64,000 bases of DNA from Bacteroidota bacterium (lineage in GTDB: Bacteria; Bacteroidota; Ignavibacteria; UBA10030; UBA6906), in the NCBI GenBank assembly GCA_040756745.1, contig JBFLYO010000012.1:10429-74428 (forward strand), read 5' to 3'. The position numbers and the translations under genes were made by a program. Shown one piece after another: positions 1-9,192 of the stretch (its first letter is position 1; each line of letters starts with the position of its first letter). The notes under the pieces are model-generated. The model ran no database searches. It was not told where the DNA came from and worked only from the letters and a program-made list of their open reading frames with translations.

Positions 1-462
1 GTCGTCGGACAACTTGCGACGTACATGATGGTTGCGCCCCCCCAACCAGGGGATGAAAGCTACGAGACGTATGTGCGGGAACGTGACGGCGTTCTGGCAG
101 ACCTGAAGGCGAAGGCGGAAATCCTGGGGTCGGGAATCAACAAGATTGAAGGTATGTCGGTCGACATCCCACGGGGGGCAATGTACGCGTTTGTCCGCAT
201 CGAGCTCCCCCAGGGGCAGGATACGTCATCCATGACTCCCGAAGAGCGGGCGGCGTACGAGGAGAAGCGTGACACCGCTTACTGCCTCGCGCTGCTCGAA
301 GAAACCGGCATCTGCGTTGTCCAGGGGAGCGGGTTCGGACAGGCGCCGGGGACGTTCCATTTCCGCACGACGTTCCTCCCTCCGAAGGAGGAGATCGAAG
401 AGCTCGTTGTGAAACTGAAGACGTTCCACGAACGCTACGTTCGTGAACTTGCGGAGGCATGA
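1..462 (+). CDS. PLP-dependent class I/II aminotransferase (AlaA-like), C-terminal fragment; the gene starts upstream of the window
   Basis: Open frame from position 1, in phase with the 25..462 ORF, to TGA at 460-462. The C-terminal region (…GMSVDIPRGAMYAFVRIELP…GICVVQGSGFG…) is typical of alanine/aspartate-type aminotransferases. Confidence 0.7.
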   Translation, partial: VVGQLATYMMVAPPQPGDESYETYVRERDGVLADLKAKAEILGSGINKIEGMSVDIPRGAMYAFVRIELPQGQDTSSMTPEERAAYEEKRDTAYCLALLEETGICVVQGSGFGQAPGTFHFRTTFLPPKEEIEELVVKLKTFHERYVRELAEA

Positions 463-474
463 CGGACAACAGGC

Positions 475-2163
475 ATGGCAAAAATCACCATAGACGGTCA
501 GACGCTCGAGGTTGAAGGTTCTCTGACGATCATTCAGGCGGCGCGGGAGCACGGGATCGAAATCCCTCATTTCTGCTGGCATCCCCGTCTGTCCGTCGCG
601 GGGAACTGCCGGATGTGCCTGGTGGAAGTGGAAAAGATGCCGAAGCTCGTCATCGCATGCTCGACCCAGGTTGCCGATGGGATGGTCGTGTATACGAAGA
701 AGGACCGCGTGATCAACGCGCGCCATGCGGTGATGGAATTCCTGCTTATCAACCATCCTCTCGACTGCCCGATCTGCGACGAAGCAGGGGAGTGCAAGCT
801 GCAGGACTACGCCTACGAGCACAGCATCGGCGTGAGCCGGTTCGACGAGGAGAAAGTCCACAAGCCCAAGCGGGTGGAGCTGGGTCCGCACGTGCTGCTC
901 GATACGGAGAGGTGCATCATGTGCTCGCGCTGCATCCGGTTCTGCGACGAGATCGCCCGCAAGCCGCAGTTAACATTCACGGAGCGCGGGGATCACGTCG
1001 AGCTGACTACCTTCCCCGGAGAGCAGTTGGACAATCCGTATTCAATGAACGTGATCGATCTCTGCCCGGTCGGCGCACTGACAAGCCGTGACTTCCGCTT
1101 CAGGGCGCGGGTCTGGGAGATGTCGGAGACCGATACGGTGTGTCCCGGTTGCGCCCGAGGTTGTAACATGATCTCCTGGGTGCGGAACAACGAGGTGCTC
1201 CGGCAGACGCCGCGATTCAACCCGGATGTGAATGATTACTGGATGTGCGACCGGGGACGCCTCGAGACCTTCCGTACGGTCAACAGCGATCAACGCATCA
1301 GATCTCCACTCATGCGGAAGGAACAGGGGACCGCCGAGGTGGGCTGGGATGAGGCGATTGCCCGCGTTGCGTCAGAATTTAAGTCATTCCGGCGCGGAGA
1401 AGTGGCGGTCATTGGCTCGGCGTACGAAACCAACGAAGACAACTATGCCCTCCAGAAGTTTGCGCGGGAAGTGCTGGGGACCAAGAACATCGATTTCAAA
1501 GGGCACATCGTTCCGGGTGACGAAGACGACCTGCTGATCCGGGCCGACAAAACCCCGAATGCGCGCGGGGCGGGGGAGGTGGGAATTCGCGCTGCAGACG
1601 GCGGTGCAACGTTTGATGCAATCACCAAGAGCATCAGGGAAGGATCCATCCGAGCGTTGTATCTGACTGATGAAAGCATTGCCGAGGTTCCTGCCGTCGC
1701 ACAGGCTCTTTCGCGGCTGGAATTCCTGGTCGTTCATGCCTGCCGTGAATCTGAAGCGACACGGCTGGCGGACGTGGTGCTCCCGGCCTCAACGTACGCA
1801 GAGAAGAACGGCACGTTCACGAACTTTCAGGGGCGGGTGCAGCGCCTCCGGCCTTCCGTGGCAACCCTGGAGCAGGATCGTGCCCTCGATGGTTTCGCAA
1901 TGAGCCGGCTGGATAAGTTCGGTTCGCAGTTCGACCGATGGGCGAAGGGAGCCAAACGGGATGCTCGGCCAACCTGGCGTATCATCGCGGGCGTGGCGTC
2001 ACTGATGGGGGCGAAGTTCAAGTTCCAGACCGCGGAAGATGTATTTAATGAGATCGCGAGCCGCGTCGAGTCATTCAAGGGGATGTCGTACCGCCGGCTC
2101 GGCAACAAGGGGCTCCCGCTGAAAACGCACGTCGGAGCAGCGGCCCCCGTCACTGCACGGTAG
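475..2163 (+). CDS. nuoG: NADH-quinone oxidoreductase subunit G (short form)
   Basis: N-terminal 2Fe-2S ferredoxin region (CWHPRLSVAGNCRMCLVEV), the His/Cys 4Fe-4S motif (HPLDCPICDEAGECKLQD) and CIMCSRCIRFC, followed by the start of a molybdopterin-like domain. At 562 aa it is shorter than E. coli NuoG. Confidence 0.9.
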   Translation: MAKITIDGQTLEVEGSLTIIQAAREHGIEIPHFCWHPRLSVAGNCRMCLVEVEKMPKLVIACSTQVADGMVVYTKKDRVINARHAVMEFLLINHPLDCPICDEAGECKLQDYAYEHSIGVSRFDEEKVHKPKRVELGPHVLLDTERCIMCSRCIRFCDEIARKPQLTFTERGDHVELTTFPGEQLDNPYSMNVIDLCPVGALTSRDFRFRARVWEMSETDTVCPGCARGCNMISWVRNNEVLRQTPRFNPDVNDYWMCDRGRLETFRTVNSDQRIRSPLMRKEQGTAEVGWDEAIARVASEFKSFRRGEVAVIGSAYETNEDNYALQKFAREVLGTKNIDFKGHIVPGDEDDLLIRADKTPNARGAGEVGIRAADGGATFDAITKSIREGSIRALYLTDESIAEVPAVAQALSRLEFLVVHACRESEATRLADVVLPASTYAEKNGTFTNFQGRVQRLRPSVATLEQDRALDGFAMSRLDKFGSQFDRWAKGAKRDARPTWRIIAGVASLMGAKFKFQTAEDVFNEIASRVESFKGMSYRRLGNKGLPLKTHVGAAAPVTAR

Positions 2164-2178
2164 ACTGGAATCGGCTCA

Positions 2179-3198
2179 ATGGAATTCCTCGTAATCTCCC
2201 TGATCAAGATTGTCCTCGTCCTGCTTGTCATCCTCACGACGGTGGCGAACCTCGTCTATGCCGAGCGCAGAATCAGCGCGTTCATTCAGAACCGGTTAGG
2301 GCCCAACCGGGTAGGCCCATGGGGGTTGTTGCAGGCGCCGGCCGATGTCCTGAAGCTCTTTATTAAGGAGGAGATCGTTCCGGCAAGCGCGAACCGCTTC
2401 ATTCATACACTGGCTCCCATCATCTCGATCACCGTTGCGATGACCACGTTTGCGGTGGTCCCCTTCGGGAACTCGATCACGGTATTCGGCAACGAGATTC
2501 GGCTGATTATTGCGGATGTGAACATCGGCGTGCTGTACATACTGGCCATGACGTCGATGGGTGTGTACGGCATCACGCTGAGCGGGTGGTCGTCGAACAA
2601 CAAGTACTCGCTCCTGGGGGGACTCCGTTCCTCAGCACAGATGATCAGCTACGAGCTCTCCATGGGGCTGTCGGTCGTTGGGGTGATCATGGTTGCCGGC
2701 TCGCTCCGGCTTGATCGGATCGTGGAGCTGCAGAGCGGGCTCGCCTGGAACGCCTTCCTGACCCCCATCGGATTCATCACCTTCGTAGTTGCATCCTTTG
2801 CCGAGACGAACCGGCTTCCGTTTGATTTGCCGGAAGCGGAGCCTGAACTTGTGGGGGGGTACCACACCGAGTACAGCGGAATGAAATTCGGCACGTTCTT
2901 TCTTGCAGAATATGCCAACATGATCACCTCCAGCGCGCTCATCGTCACGTTGTTTCTCGGCGGCTGGCAGGTGCCCTATCTGGAGTCGGCCGGGCTCCCG
3001 CAATTCTGGCTGAGCGTAATACAAATCCTGGCGTTTGTACTTAAAGTGGCGGTGGTCCTGTTCTTCTACATATGGATCCGGTGGACTATTCCGCGATTCC
3101 GCTACGACCAGCTCATGAGTCTGGGATGGAAGGTGATGATCCCTCTCGCACTGCTCAACATTGCAGTGACAGGAGGGTGGCTGCTGCTTGTGGAGTAG
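2179..3198 (+). CDS. nuoH: NADH-quinone oxidoreductase subunit H
   Basis: NuoH/ND1 signature (RISAFIQNRLGPNRVGPWGLLQAPADVLKLFIKE) in a polytopic membrane protein placed directly after nuoG. Confidence 0.92.
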   Translation: MEFLVISLIKIVLVLLVILTTVANLVYAERRISAFIQNRLGPNRVGPWGLLQAPADVLKLFIKEEIVPASANRFIHTLAPIISITVAMTTFAVVPFGNSITVFGNEIRLIIADVNIGVLYILAMTSMGVYGITLSGWSSNNKYSLLGGLRSSAQMISYELSMGLSVVGVIMVAGSLRLDRIVELQSGLAWNAFLTPIGFITFVVASFAETNRLPFDLPEAEPELVGGYHTEYSGMKFGTFFLAEYANMITSSALIVTLFLGGWQVPYLESAGLPQFWLSVIQILAFVLKVAVVLFFYIWIRWTIPRFRYDQLMSLGWKVMIPLALLNIAVTGGWLLLVE

Positions 3199-3237
3199 CT
3201 GCATCTGTGCGAGTGTTTCCCGAGGAGTGACGCAACG

Positions 3238-3750
3238 ATGTCGAATGCGAATGGAGATAAAGTGGTCCAGGTACGACGGAAGGATCTCACCTTCCTGCAG
3301 CGGACGTACATCCCGGAGATCGTGAAAGGGATGGTGCTGACGATGCGGCAGGTGTTTCGCCCCAAGTTTACACGTCAGTATCCGGAAGAGCGGTGGAATC
3401 CACCCGCATCGTTCCGCGGACGCCCCGTGCTCGTGGAAGAGGAAGGGGTCGAGCGTTGCGTTGCCTGCGGCCTTTGTGCCCGCGTCTGTCCGGCACTTGC
3501 CATCGAGGTGCAGGCCTCGGAGACGGAACTTGAAAAAGAGCGGTATCCGGTGAGGTTCGAGATCAACATGCTCCGTTGCATTTTCTGTGGTTTTTGTGAG
3601 GAGGCGTGCCCGGAAGAAGCCATCGTGATGAGCGATGAATACGAGCTTGTCTTTCAGAACGTTGACGACGCGGTGTTTGGGAAGGACGAGCTCCTGATGT
3701 CTGCCGACCGGCTGAAGCCGCGGCTGGAGTTTCTGCGGCGCTCACGCTGA
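3238..3750 (+). CDS. nuoI: NADH-quinone oxidoreductase subunit I (2x[4Fe-4S])
   Basis: Two CxxCxxCxxxCP ferredoxin motifs ([12 protein letters not shown] and [12 protein letters not shown]) and a typical NuoI N-terminus. Confidence 0.92.
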   Translation: MSNANGDKVVQVRRKDLTFLQRTYIPEIVKGMVLTMRQVFRPKFTRQYPEERWNPPASFRGRPVLVEEEGVERCVACGLCARVCPALAIEVQASETELEKERYPVRFEINMLRCIFCGFCEEACPEEAIVMSDEYELVFQNVDDAVFGKDELLMSADRLKPRLEFLRRSR

Positions 3751-3778
3751 TAGTAATTGTTGCATATGTTAGTACCAC

Positions 3779-3810
3779 ACGGGCGGCTGAAGCCGCCCGT
3801 TGTGTTGTTT
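3779..3810 (+). terminator. Intrinsic terminator after nuoI
   Basis: A 9-bp GC-rich stem (ACGGGCGGC / GCCGCCCGT) with loop TGAA, followed by TGTGTTGTTT, about 30 nt after the nuoI stop. Confidence 0.6.
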
Positions 3811-3834
3811 GGAAATCATGTGGGAAATTGGTTT

Positions 3835-3858
3835 ATTTCAACTGTAAGTAGTTGAAAT
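3835..3858. promoter_or_regulatory. Perfect 9-6-9 inverted repeat (ATTTCAACT-GTAAGT-AGTTGAAAT), candidate operator upstream of the CorC/HlyC-family gene
   Basis: The arms are exact reverse complements. It sits 27 nt upstream of the ATG at 3885. A T-rich palindrome of this kind is typical of a dimeric transcription-factor site. Confidence 0.4.
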
Positions 3859-3884
3859 TTCCCCACTTTCGGCAGTTTCGGCCC

Positions 3885-5210
3885 ATGGGAACCCTCTGGA
3901 TTGAGATACTGGGCGTACTCTGTCTGATTACGCTCGTGGGGTTCTTTTCGGCCAGCGAGGTCGCGGTCCTCTCAAGCCGCAAGAGCCGGATGCGCGAGCT
4001 TGCCGAAGGGGGGAACAAGAAGGCGAACGGCGTGCTGGCGTTTCTTCGGGAGCCGGAGCGTTTCCTCGCCACGGTGCACGTCGGCGTCATCTTCTCGCTC
4101 ATCCTCGCCTCGGGCCTGGGTGGGATCATGGCCCTCCAGTACCTGGTCCCCACGCTTGATGCGAGTCCGTCGGCGTGGATCCGCGAATGGAGCAGCTGGC
4201 TTTCGCTCGGCATTATGGTAGCGGCGGTCGGGTTTGCGGTGGTCGTCTTCGGTGAGCTCGTACCAAAGTCTCTCGCCCTCCGTTACGCGGAAAAGGTGGC
4301 CCTCCGGGTTGTTGCTCCCCTCCAGGTGTTTGCGGCGGCCTTCAAGATTCCGGCGAAGATCCTGACGGCGGCGAGCAACCTGTTCCTCCGGCCGTTCAAG
4401 GATAGCACGACGTTCAGCGAAACGCGTATCTCGGAAGAGGAGTTCAAGCTCCTGCTCGAAGAGGGGACGAAAACGGGAGTGATCGACAAGACGGAGCAGG
4501 AGCTGATCCGCAGTATCTTTGAGTTTACCGACACGACAGCGAAAGAAGTCATGATCCCCCGGCCGGACGTGGTGGCGTTGAATGTCGACATGCCGAGGGA
4601 CCGGATCATCAAGACGGTCCTCGAGGAAGGGTACTCACGGATGCCGGTGTACCGCGGCACGATCGATACTATCCTCGGGATCGTCTACACAAAGGACCTG
4701 CTGGGGCTGATGGAGTATCGTGACCTGATTGTCCTGCAGGACGTGATTCGTCCCGCGTATCTTGTGCCGGAGACGATAAAGATCAGCCGCCTCATGCGCG
4801 AGCTGCAGCAGCGAAAGATGCACATGGCGGTGGTCATTGATGAATTTGGCGGCACGCAGGGCGTCGTGACGATGGAAGATATCCTCGAAGAAATCGTGGG
4901 AGAGATCCACGACGAATACGATGAAGAGCTCAAGGATGTGGAACAGGCGGCCGACGGTACCTTCCTCGTAAATGCTCGCATGGCCATCCGGGACTTCAAT
5001 GAACGGTTCAACACCGAGGTCCCGCTGGCGGGGGAATACGAGACCATCAGCGGTTTGCTGCACAAGCTTGCCGGCAGGATCCCGGACGTAAACGAGGAAA
5101 TCGTTTACGACAGGCTGGCGTTCACAATCATGAAAAAGAGCCAGCGGCGCATCCGGCTGGTCAAACTGCGAAGGAAAGAGGCTCCCCCGGTACCACCTCA
5201 ACATCCCTGA
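3885..5210 (+). CDS. HlyC/CorC-family transporter (DUF21 membrane domain + CBS pair + CorC_HlyC C-terminal domain)
   Basis: Four TM helices at the N-terminus, then CBS-pair-like regions, then a CorC/HlyC C-terminal transporter-associated domain (…MEDILEEIVGEIHDEYDE…). Start taken at the ATG at 3885; the track's TTG at 3852 lies inside the upstream palindrome. Confidence 0.8.
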   Translation: MGTLWIEILGVLCLITLVGFFSASEVAVLSSRKSRMRELAEGGNKKANGVLAFLREPERFLATVHVGVIFSLILASGLGGIMALQYLVPTLDASPSAWIREWSSWLSLGIMVAAVGFAVVVFGELVPKSLALRYAEKVALRVVAPLQVFAAAFKIPAKILTAASNLFLRPFKDSTTFSETRISEEEFKLLLEEGTKTGVIDKTEQELIRSIFEFTDTTAKEVMIPRPDVVALNVDMPRDRIIKTVLEEGYSRMPVYRGTIDTILGIVYTKDLLGLMEYRDLIVLQDVIRPAYLVPETIKISRLMRELQQRKMHMAVVIDEFGGTQGVVTMEDILEEIVGEIHDEYDEELKDVEQAADGTFLVNARMAIRDFNERFNTEVPLAGEYETISGLLHKLAGRIPDVNEEIVYDRLAFTIMKKSQRRIRLVKLRRKEAPPVPPQHP

Positions 5211-5219
5211 CCGGACAGC

Positions 5220-6344
5220 GTGAGCACCCAGAAGAAGATCCTCATCGTCTTCGGAACGAGGCCGGAGGCCATCAAGCTGGCCCCCGTGATTCAGGAGCTG
5301 CGGCGGTATCCTTCACAATTCCGCGCTCGGGTCTGCGTCACGGCCCAGCACCGGGAAATGCTGGACCAGGTGCTGTCCCTCTTCCGCATTCCTGTTCACC
5401 ACGATATGAACATCATGCAGCGGGGACAGTCGCTTGAGGAGGTGACCTCACGCGTCCTGCTGGGCATGAAAGCGATACTGGAGGATGAACGGCCGGATGT
5501 CATGATGATTCAGGGGGACACCACCACTGTCATGGCTGCTTCCCTCGCTGCATTCTATGCCGGCATTCCGGTAGCTCATGTTGAAGCAGGGCTTCGTACC
5601 TGGAACAAACGAAGCCCGTTTCCCGAAGAAATCAACCGTGTCATTGCCACGCACCTCTCGGACCTGCACTTCGCGCCGACGCAACAGGCCCGCGACAATC
5701 TCCTCCGTGAAGGGATCGACCCTCGAAGGATTCACGTCACGGGAAATACCGTCATCGATGCGCTTATGCATGTGCGAAAAGGCCTGCGGGTGCGGCGAGG
5801 ATACTTTGAGCGGATGTTCCACGACGTCGATTTTCGACGGAAAATGATCCTGGTGACGGGCCATCGGCGTGAGAACTTCGGGGAAGGTTTTCTCAATATT
5901 TGTGAGGCGATTCGCGACGTTGCGATCCGCCACCCGGAGCTGGAGATTGTTTACCCCGTACACTTGAACCCCAACGTTCAGAAACCGGTCCGGTCACTTC
6001 TCAACGGATATCCGAACATCCATCTGCTTGAACCTCAGCCCTATGCACCGTTCGTCTTCCTCATGGATCGGAGCGCGGTCATCCTCACGGACTCCGGCGG
6101 TGTGCAGGAGGAGGCGCCATCGCTCGGAAAGCCGGTGCTGGTGATGCGCAACCATACGGAACGGCCGGAAGCGGTGAAGGCGGGCACTGTCCGGCTGGTG
6201 GGCACCTCACGACGGCAGATTATCGCGGAGACCGAACGATTGCTGACCGACCGGCGGGCGTACCTTGCGATGAGCCGGGCACACAATCCATACGGCGACG
6301 GTACGGCGTCGCGGAGGATAGTGAGGATCCTTAGGAGAGCATGA
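5220..6344 (+). CDS. wecB: UDP-N-acetylglucosamine 2-epimerase (non-hydrolysing)
   Basis: Epimerase_2 family hallmarks (KILIVFGTRPEAIKLAPV…, HVEAGLRTWN, VTGNTVIDAL, LTDSGGVQEEAPSLGKPVLVMR). GTG start. Confidence 0.9.
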   Translation: MSTQKKILIVFGTRPEAIKLAPVIQELRRYPSQFRARVCVTAQHREMLDQVLSLFRIPVHHDMNIMQRGQSLEEVTSRVLLGMKAILEDERPDVMMIQGDTTTVMAASLAAFYAGIPVAHVEAGLRTWNKRSPFPEEINRVIATHLSDLHFAPTQQARDNLLREGIDPRRIHVTGNTVIDALMHVRKGLRVRRGYFERMFHDVDFRRKMILVTGHRRENFGEGFLNICEAIRDVAIRHPELEIVYPVHLNPNVQKPVRSLLNGYPNIHLLEPQPYAPFVFLMDRSAVILTDSGGVQEEAPSLGKPVLVMRNHTERPEAVKAGTVRLVGTSRRQIIAETERLLTDRRAYLAMSRAHNPYGDGTASRRIVRILRRA

Positions 6345-6345
6345 T

Positions 6346-6373
6346 GAGATTGAGATCAAGATTGAGATTGAGG
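6346..6373 (+). repeat. Hexanucleotide microsatellite (GAGATT GAGATC AAGATT GAGATT GAGGGT), 5 units
   Basis: Period-6 tandem repeat containing a GATC site. It begins 2 nt after the wecB stop codon. Confidence 0.85.
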
Positions 6374-6410
6374 GTGCGAAGCCTGAGCTACCGACGCGAT
6401 CCTCCTCAGC

Positions 6411-6461
6411 CTTGACCTTAACCTCAATCCTTAACCTTAACCTCGATCTCGATCTCCATCT
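6411..6461 (-). repeat. Second, longer period-6 tract, inverted relative to 6346-6373 (minus strand reads GGAGATCGAGATCGAGGTTAAGGTTAAGGATTGAGGTTAAGGTCAAGG)
   Basis: About 8 degenerate GAGATY/AAGGTT hexamers with two GATC sites. Together with the first tract it forms an imperfect inverted repeat across a 37-nt spacer, ending about 20 nt before the GT1 start codon. Confidence 0.8.
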
Positions 6462-6483
6462 TACTCTCGCTCTTTCCCGGCTA

Positions 6484-7776
6484 ATGCAAATCTTCATCTT
6501 TTCTCCCATCCCCTACTCTTTCCTCCACCAGCGTCCGCAGAAACTCGCCGACCAGTATGTCGAGAAGGGGCACCAGGTCACGTTCATCGAGCCGTGTGGG
6601 CTGACGGAATACCTCTCTGGACGAAAGAAGGGACTCCCGTTGCTCGTCATTCGCTCCGTCTGGTACTTCTTTCTTGGTCTCGCCGCCATAGTCATCCCGC
6701 GTATGCTCAGAAAGCCGGCTCTACGTGGAGACGGGGATGAACAAGGGGAGGGGCCGAAGATCGCCTCCATGCCTATCATTGTGCCGAACAACCGTGTCAA
6801 TTCAGCCATGATGGAGCGGCTCAACGCGTCAATTTACCGGCAGGCGATCAGGGGACTGTTCCGGCACATTGACCCCAACGAGGAAACATTGGCGATTGTC
6901 GAGAATCCCCTCTGGGGACTAGTGCTTCAACGAGGCGATTTCACGAGGCTCGCCTATGACTGCATCGACGAGATCAGTCTCTTTGCGGGCCGTGGTTCGG
7001 TTGAGCGCATGGAGTGCTACGAACGCCGGCTGATCGAAATGTCAGACGCAGTCTGTGTGACCGCAGAAAAGCTTGAAGAAACCCTTAGGCCGAAGGTCCT
7101 GGGACGGCCGCTTGTACGTCTTCCGAACGGCGTCGACTATGACTACTTCCAGCGGAGGATCCAGGAATGCGGCCCGCCGGATGCCCTTGCCGGCGTGCGC
7201 CGCCCGATCGTAGGGTATGTCGGCGTGCTGCGCAACTGGATGGACTACGCACTCGTCGAATACCTGGCCAGAACTCTGACGCAGGTATCGTTCGTTCTGG
7301 TCGGACCGGTTGATTTCGAAAACCGACTGGAGTCCATAAGGAAGATCCCGAACGTGATTCTTATGGGAAGGAGAGAATATCGCGACGTGCCTGCATTTAT
7401 CAATGCGTTTGATGTCTGCGTCATTCCGTTTCTGCCTGGACCGGTTTCGAACACGACAAACCCCGTTAAGCTCTTCGAATACTTTGCGCTCGGCAGGCCT
7501 GTGGTGTCAACGCGTCTGCGCGAGTTGGAAAAGTTTGCTGACCAGGGGCTCCTCCGAATGGCAGACAATCGGGAGGAATTCGCATCGGCCGTCACCGATG
7601 CGCTCGCCGAGCGCACGCCCGGGGTAAAGGAGATGAGGAAAGAGGTGGCGCGGGCGCATTCGTGGAAGTCGATTGCTGATCAATTGTTTGCCGTTGCGAT
7701 GTCACGCGAAGACTCACCGCCAAGGCGGAGAGGCGCAGAGGGAAAATCGAATTCGCACATCACGTCCAAAGGTTGA
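6484..7776 (+). CDS. Glycosyltransferase family 1 (GT4-like)
   Basis: C-terminal GT-B nucleotide-sugar binding fold (…VGYVGVLRNWMDYALVEYLA…FDVCVIPF…NPVKLFEYFALGRPVVST…). Start moved to the ATG at 6484 (MQIFIFSPIPY…); the track's upstream extension only translates the hexamer repeats (LNLNLDLDL). Confidence 0.8.
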   Translation: MQIFIFSPIPYSFLHQRPQKLADQYVEKGHQVTFIEPCGLTEYLSGRKKGLPLLVIRSVWYFFLGLAAIVIPRMLRKPALRGDGDEQGEGPKIASMPIIVPNNRVNSAMMERLNASIYRQAIRGLFRHIDPNEETLAIVENPLWGLVLQRGDFTRLAYDCIDEISLFAGRGSVERMECYERRLIEMSDAVCVTAEKLEETLRPKVLGRPLVRLPNGVDYDYFQRRIQECGPPDALAGVRRPIVGYVGVLRNWMDYALVEYLARTLTQVSFVLVGPVDFENRLESIRKIPNVILMGRREYRDVPAFINAFDVCVIPFLPGPVSNTTNPVKLFEYFALGRPVVSTRLRELEKFADQGLLRMADNREEFASAVTDALAERTPGVKEMRKEVARAHSWKSIADQLFAVAMSREDSPPRRRGAEGKSNSHITSKG

Positions 7777-7879
7777 TCCCTTGCATTCTGTGTTCCAACG
7801 GCTTGCCGGGCAGCTTCGCTTTCGGGAGCGGGTCGGAGTCTCTGTGCACCGGTTACTCCAATCCCGGACCGTCGGGAAT

Positions 7880-9118
7880 ATGGCGTGGGTGGGTGCGGCT
7901 TCCGCGGCCTCAGCCTTGCTCGGTGCAGTCTCGTCTGGGATCTACGGACGGACGCTGGGCGTTGCGGATTTCGGAATCCTGACGCTCATCGTCTCGCTCA
8001 TGACGATGATGGTCTCGTTCTCGGACCTCGGGATCAGCGGGTCAATCGTACGATTTGCCTCGGAAGCAATCGGCCGGAATGACACCAACCGAGTACGGTC
8101 CGTTCTGAGCGTTGCTCTCAAGGGGAAGGTGATGTTGTCGGCGGTCGTCGTCCTTGGCGCGCTCCTCTTTCTGAATCCGATCGTGTCGGCCGTGTTCTCG
8201 AGAGCCGATGAGCAGATCACTTCGTATTTCCTGCTTTCCCTTGTTGCAGTTGCCGCAGGGATGGCCGCCTCGTTCCTCCCCCCTATCTATCAGTCGTATC
8301 AGCGTTTTCGGACGCAGGCAATTATCGCCACGGTGCCGCCTCTTCTGAAAGTGGGTGCGGTTGCGATCTTTGCCTTTGGCATCTCCTCGCTCACCATCGG
8401 CATTGGGATTTGGATTGAAGTGGGCACTGCGGTGGTGTTGTTCACCCTCGGTTGGATGTGGTTGCCGGTGAGAGGGTTGCAGTGGGGGGGAGGGGACGGC
8501 GGGCTCCGCCGGCAGATGCTGTCATTTAACAAGTGGCTCTCGGTGTATTATGTACTCAATCTTGTGGGGGGAAGAGTGGATTTGTTCCTCGTCGGAGGGA
8601 TTCTGGACGCACATGCACTGGGATTATATGGTTCGGCGTCGAAGATCGCCTCCATGGTCCTCATTGCCTCGAACGCCTATCTGACTGTGCTCCTTCCGGA
8701 CCTCTCTTCTGCGCTGAACCCTGATCTGCTCAGGAAGAAAGTGGGGCAGGCATTCACGGTGGGCGCGTTCTTTGTCGCCGGTATAGCTGTCCTGGCCCTG
8801 TTGGCGGATCTTGTCATCCTGGTGATCTTCGGCGGCGCATTTGCCGGGGCAAGCGCGGTCTTGCGCATCATGTGCATAGGGTTGACGTTCACTGTTCTGG
8901 CGACGCCGCTGAACGCAGCGCTGTTCGCTCGGGGGGAGTCGTTTGCGTTCCCCGTTATGTCGGCCGCGGCAATCGCCGCACTGCTCCTCGGGAATGCCTT
9001 TCTCATCCCGCGATTTGGCGTGGAAGGGGGAGCAGCCGCCTATTCGCTCAGCGGCGCCGTTGGCTTTTTGACCTCAACCGTGATATATTTCGGTATTTCT
9101 CGCAGGCGCACCGCTTGA
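7880..9118 (+). CDS. Wzx-like oligosaccharide flippase (polysaccharide biosynthesis protein, MOP superfamily)
   Basis: About 12 TM helices with a Wzx-like N-terminus (…NMAWVGAASAASALLGAVSSGIYGRTLGVADFGILTLI…). ATG at 7880 is used; a GTG at 7844 is a possible alternative start. Confidence 0.75.
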   Translation: MAWVGAASAASALLGAVSSGIYGRTLGVADFGILTLIVSLMTMMVSFSDLGISGSIVRFASEAIGRNDTNRVRSVLSVALKGKVMLSAVVVLGALLFLNPIVSAVFSRADEQITSYFLLSLVAVAAGMAASFLPPIYQSYQRFRTQAIIATVPPLLKVGAVAIFAFGISSLTIGIGIWIEVGTAVVLFTLGWMWLPVRGLQWGGGDGGLRRQMLSFNKWLSVYYVLNLVGGRVDLFLVGGILDAHALGLYGSASKIASMVLIASNAYLTVLLPDLSSALNPDLLRKKVGQAFTVGAFFVAGIAVLALLADLVILVIFGGAFAGASAVLRIMCIGLTFTVLATPLNAALFARGESFAFPVMSAAAIAALLLGNAFLIPRFGVEGGAAAYSLSGAVGFLTSTVIYFGISRRRTA

Positions 9119-9192
9119 GTGGTGACCTGCTGAGTGTGCCTGACCTCCAGGGGGACCATGCTCCGACCGCCCTTCGTTGTTCGGCGCTGCCA

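Noticed and set aside
6412-6483. N-terminal extension of the GT1 ORF translating as LNLNLDLDLHLTL dipeptide repeats (and the antisense ORF 6207..6509 with RLRLRIEVKVK)
   Set aside because: These are simply translations of the hexanucleotide microsatellites. The real start is the ATG at 6484, where glycosyltransferase homology begins.
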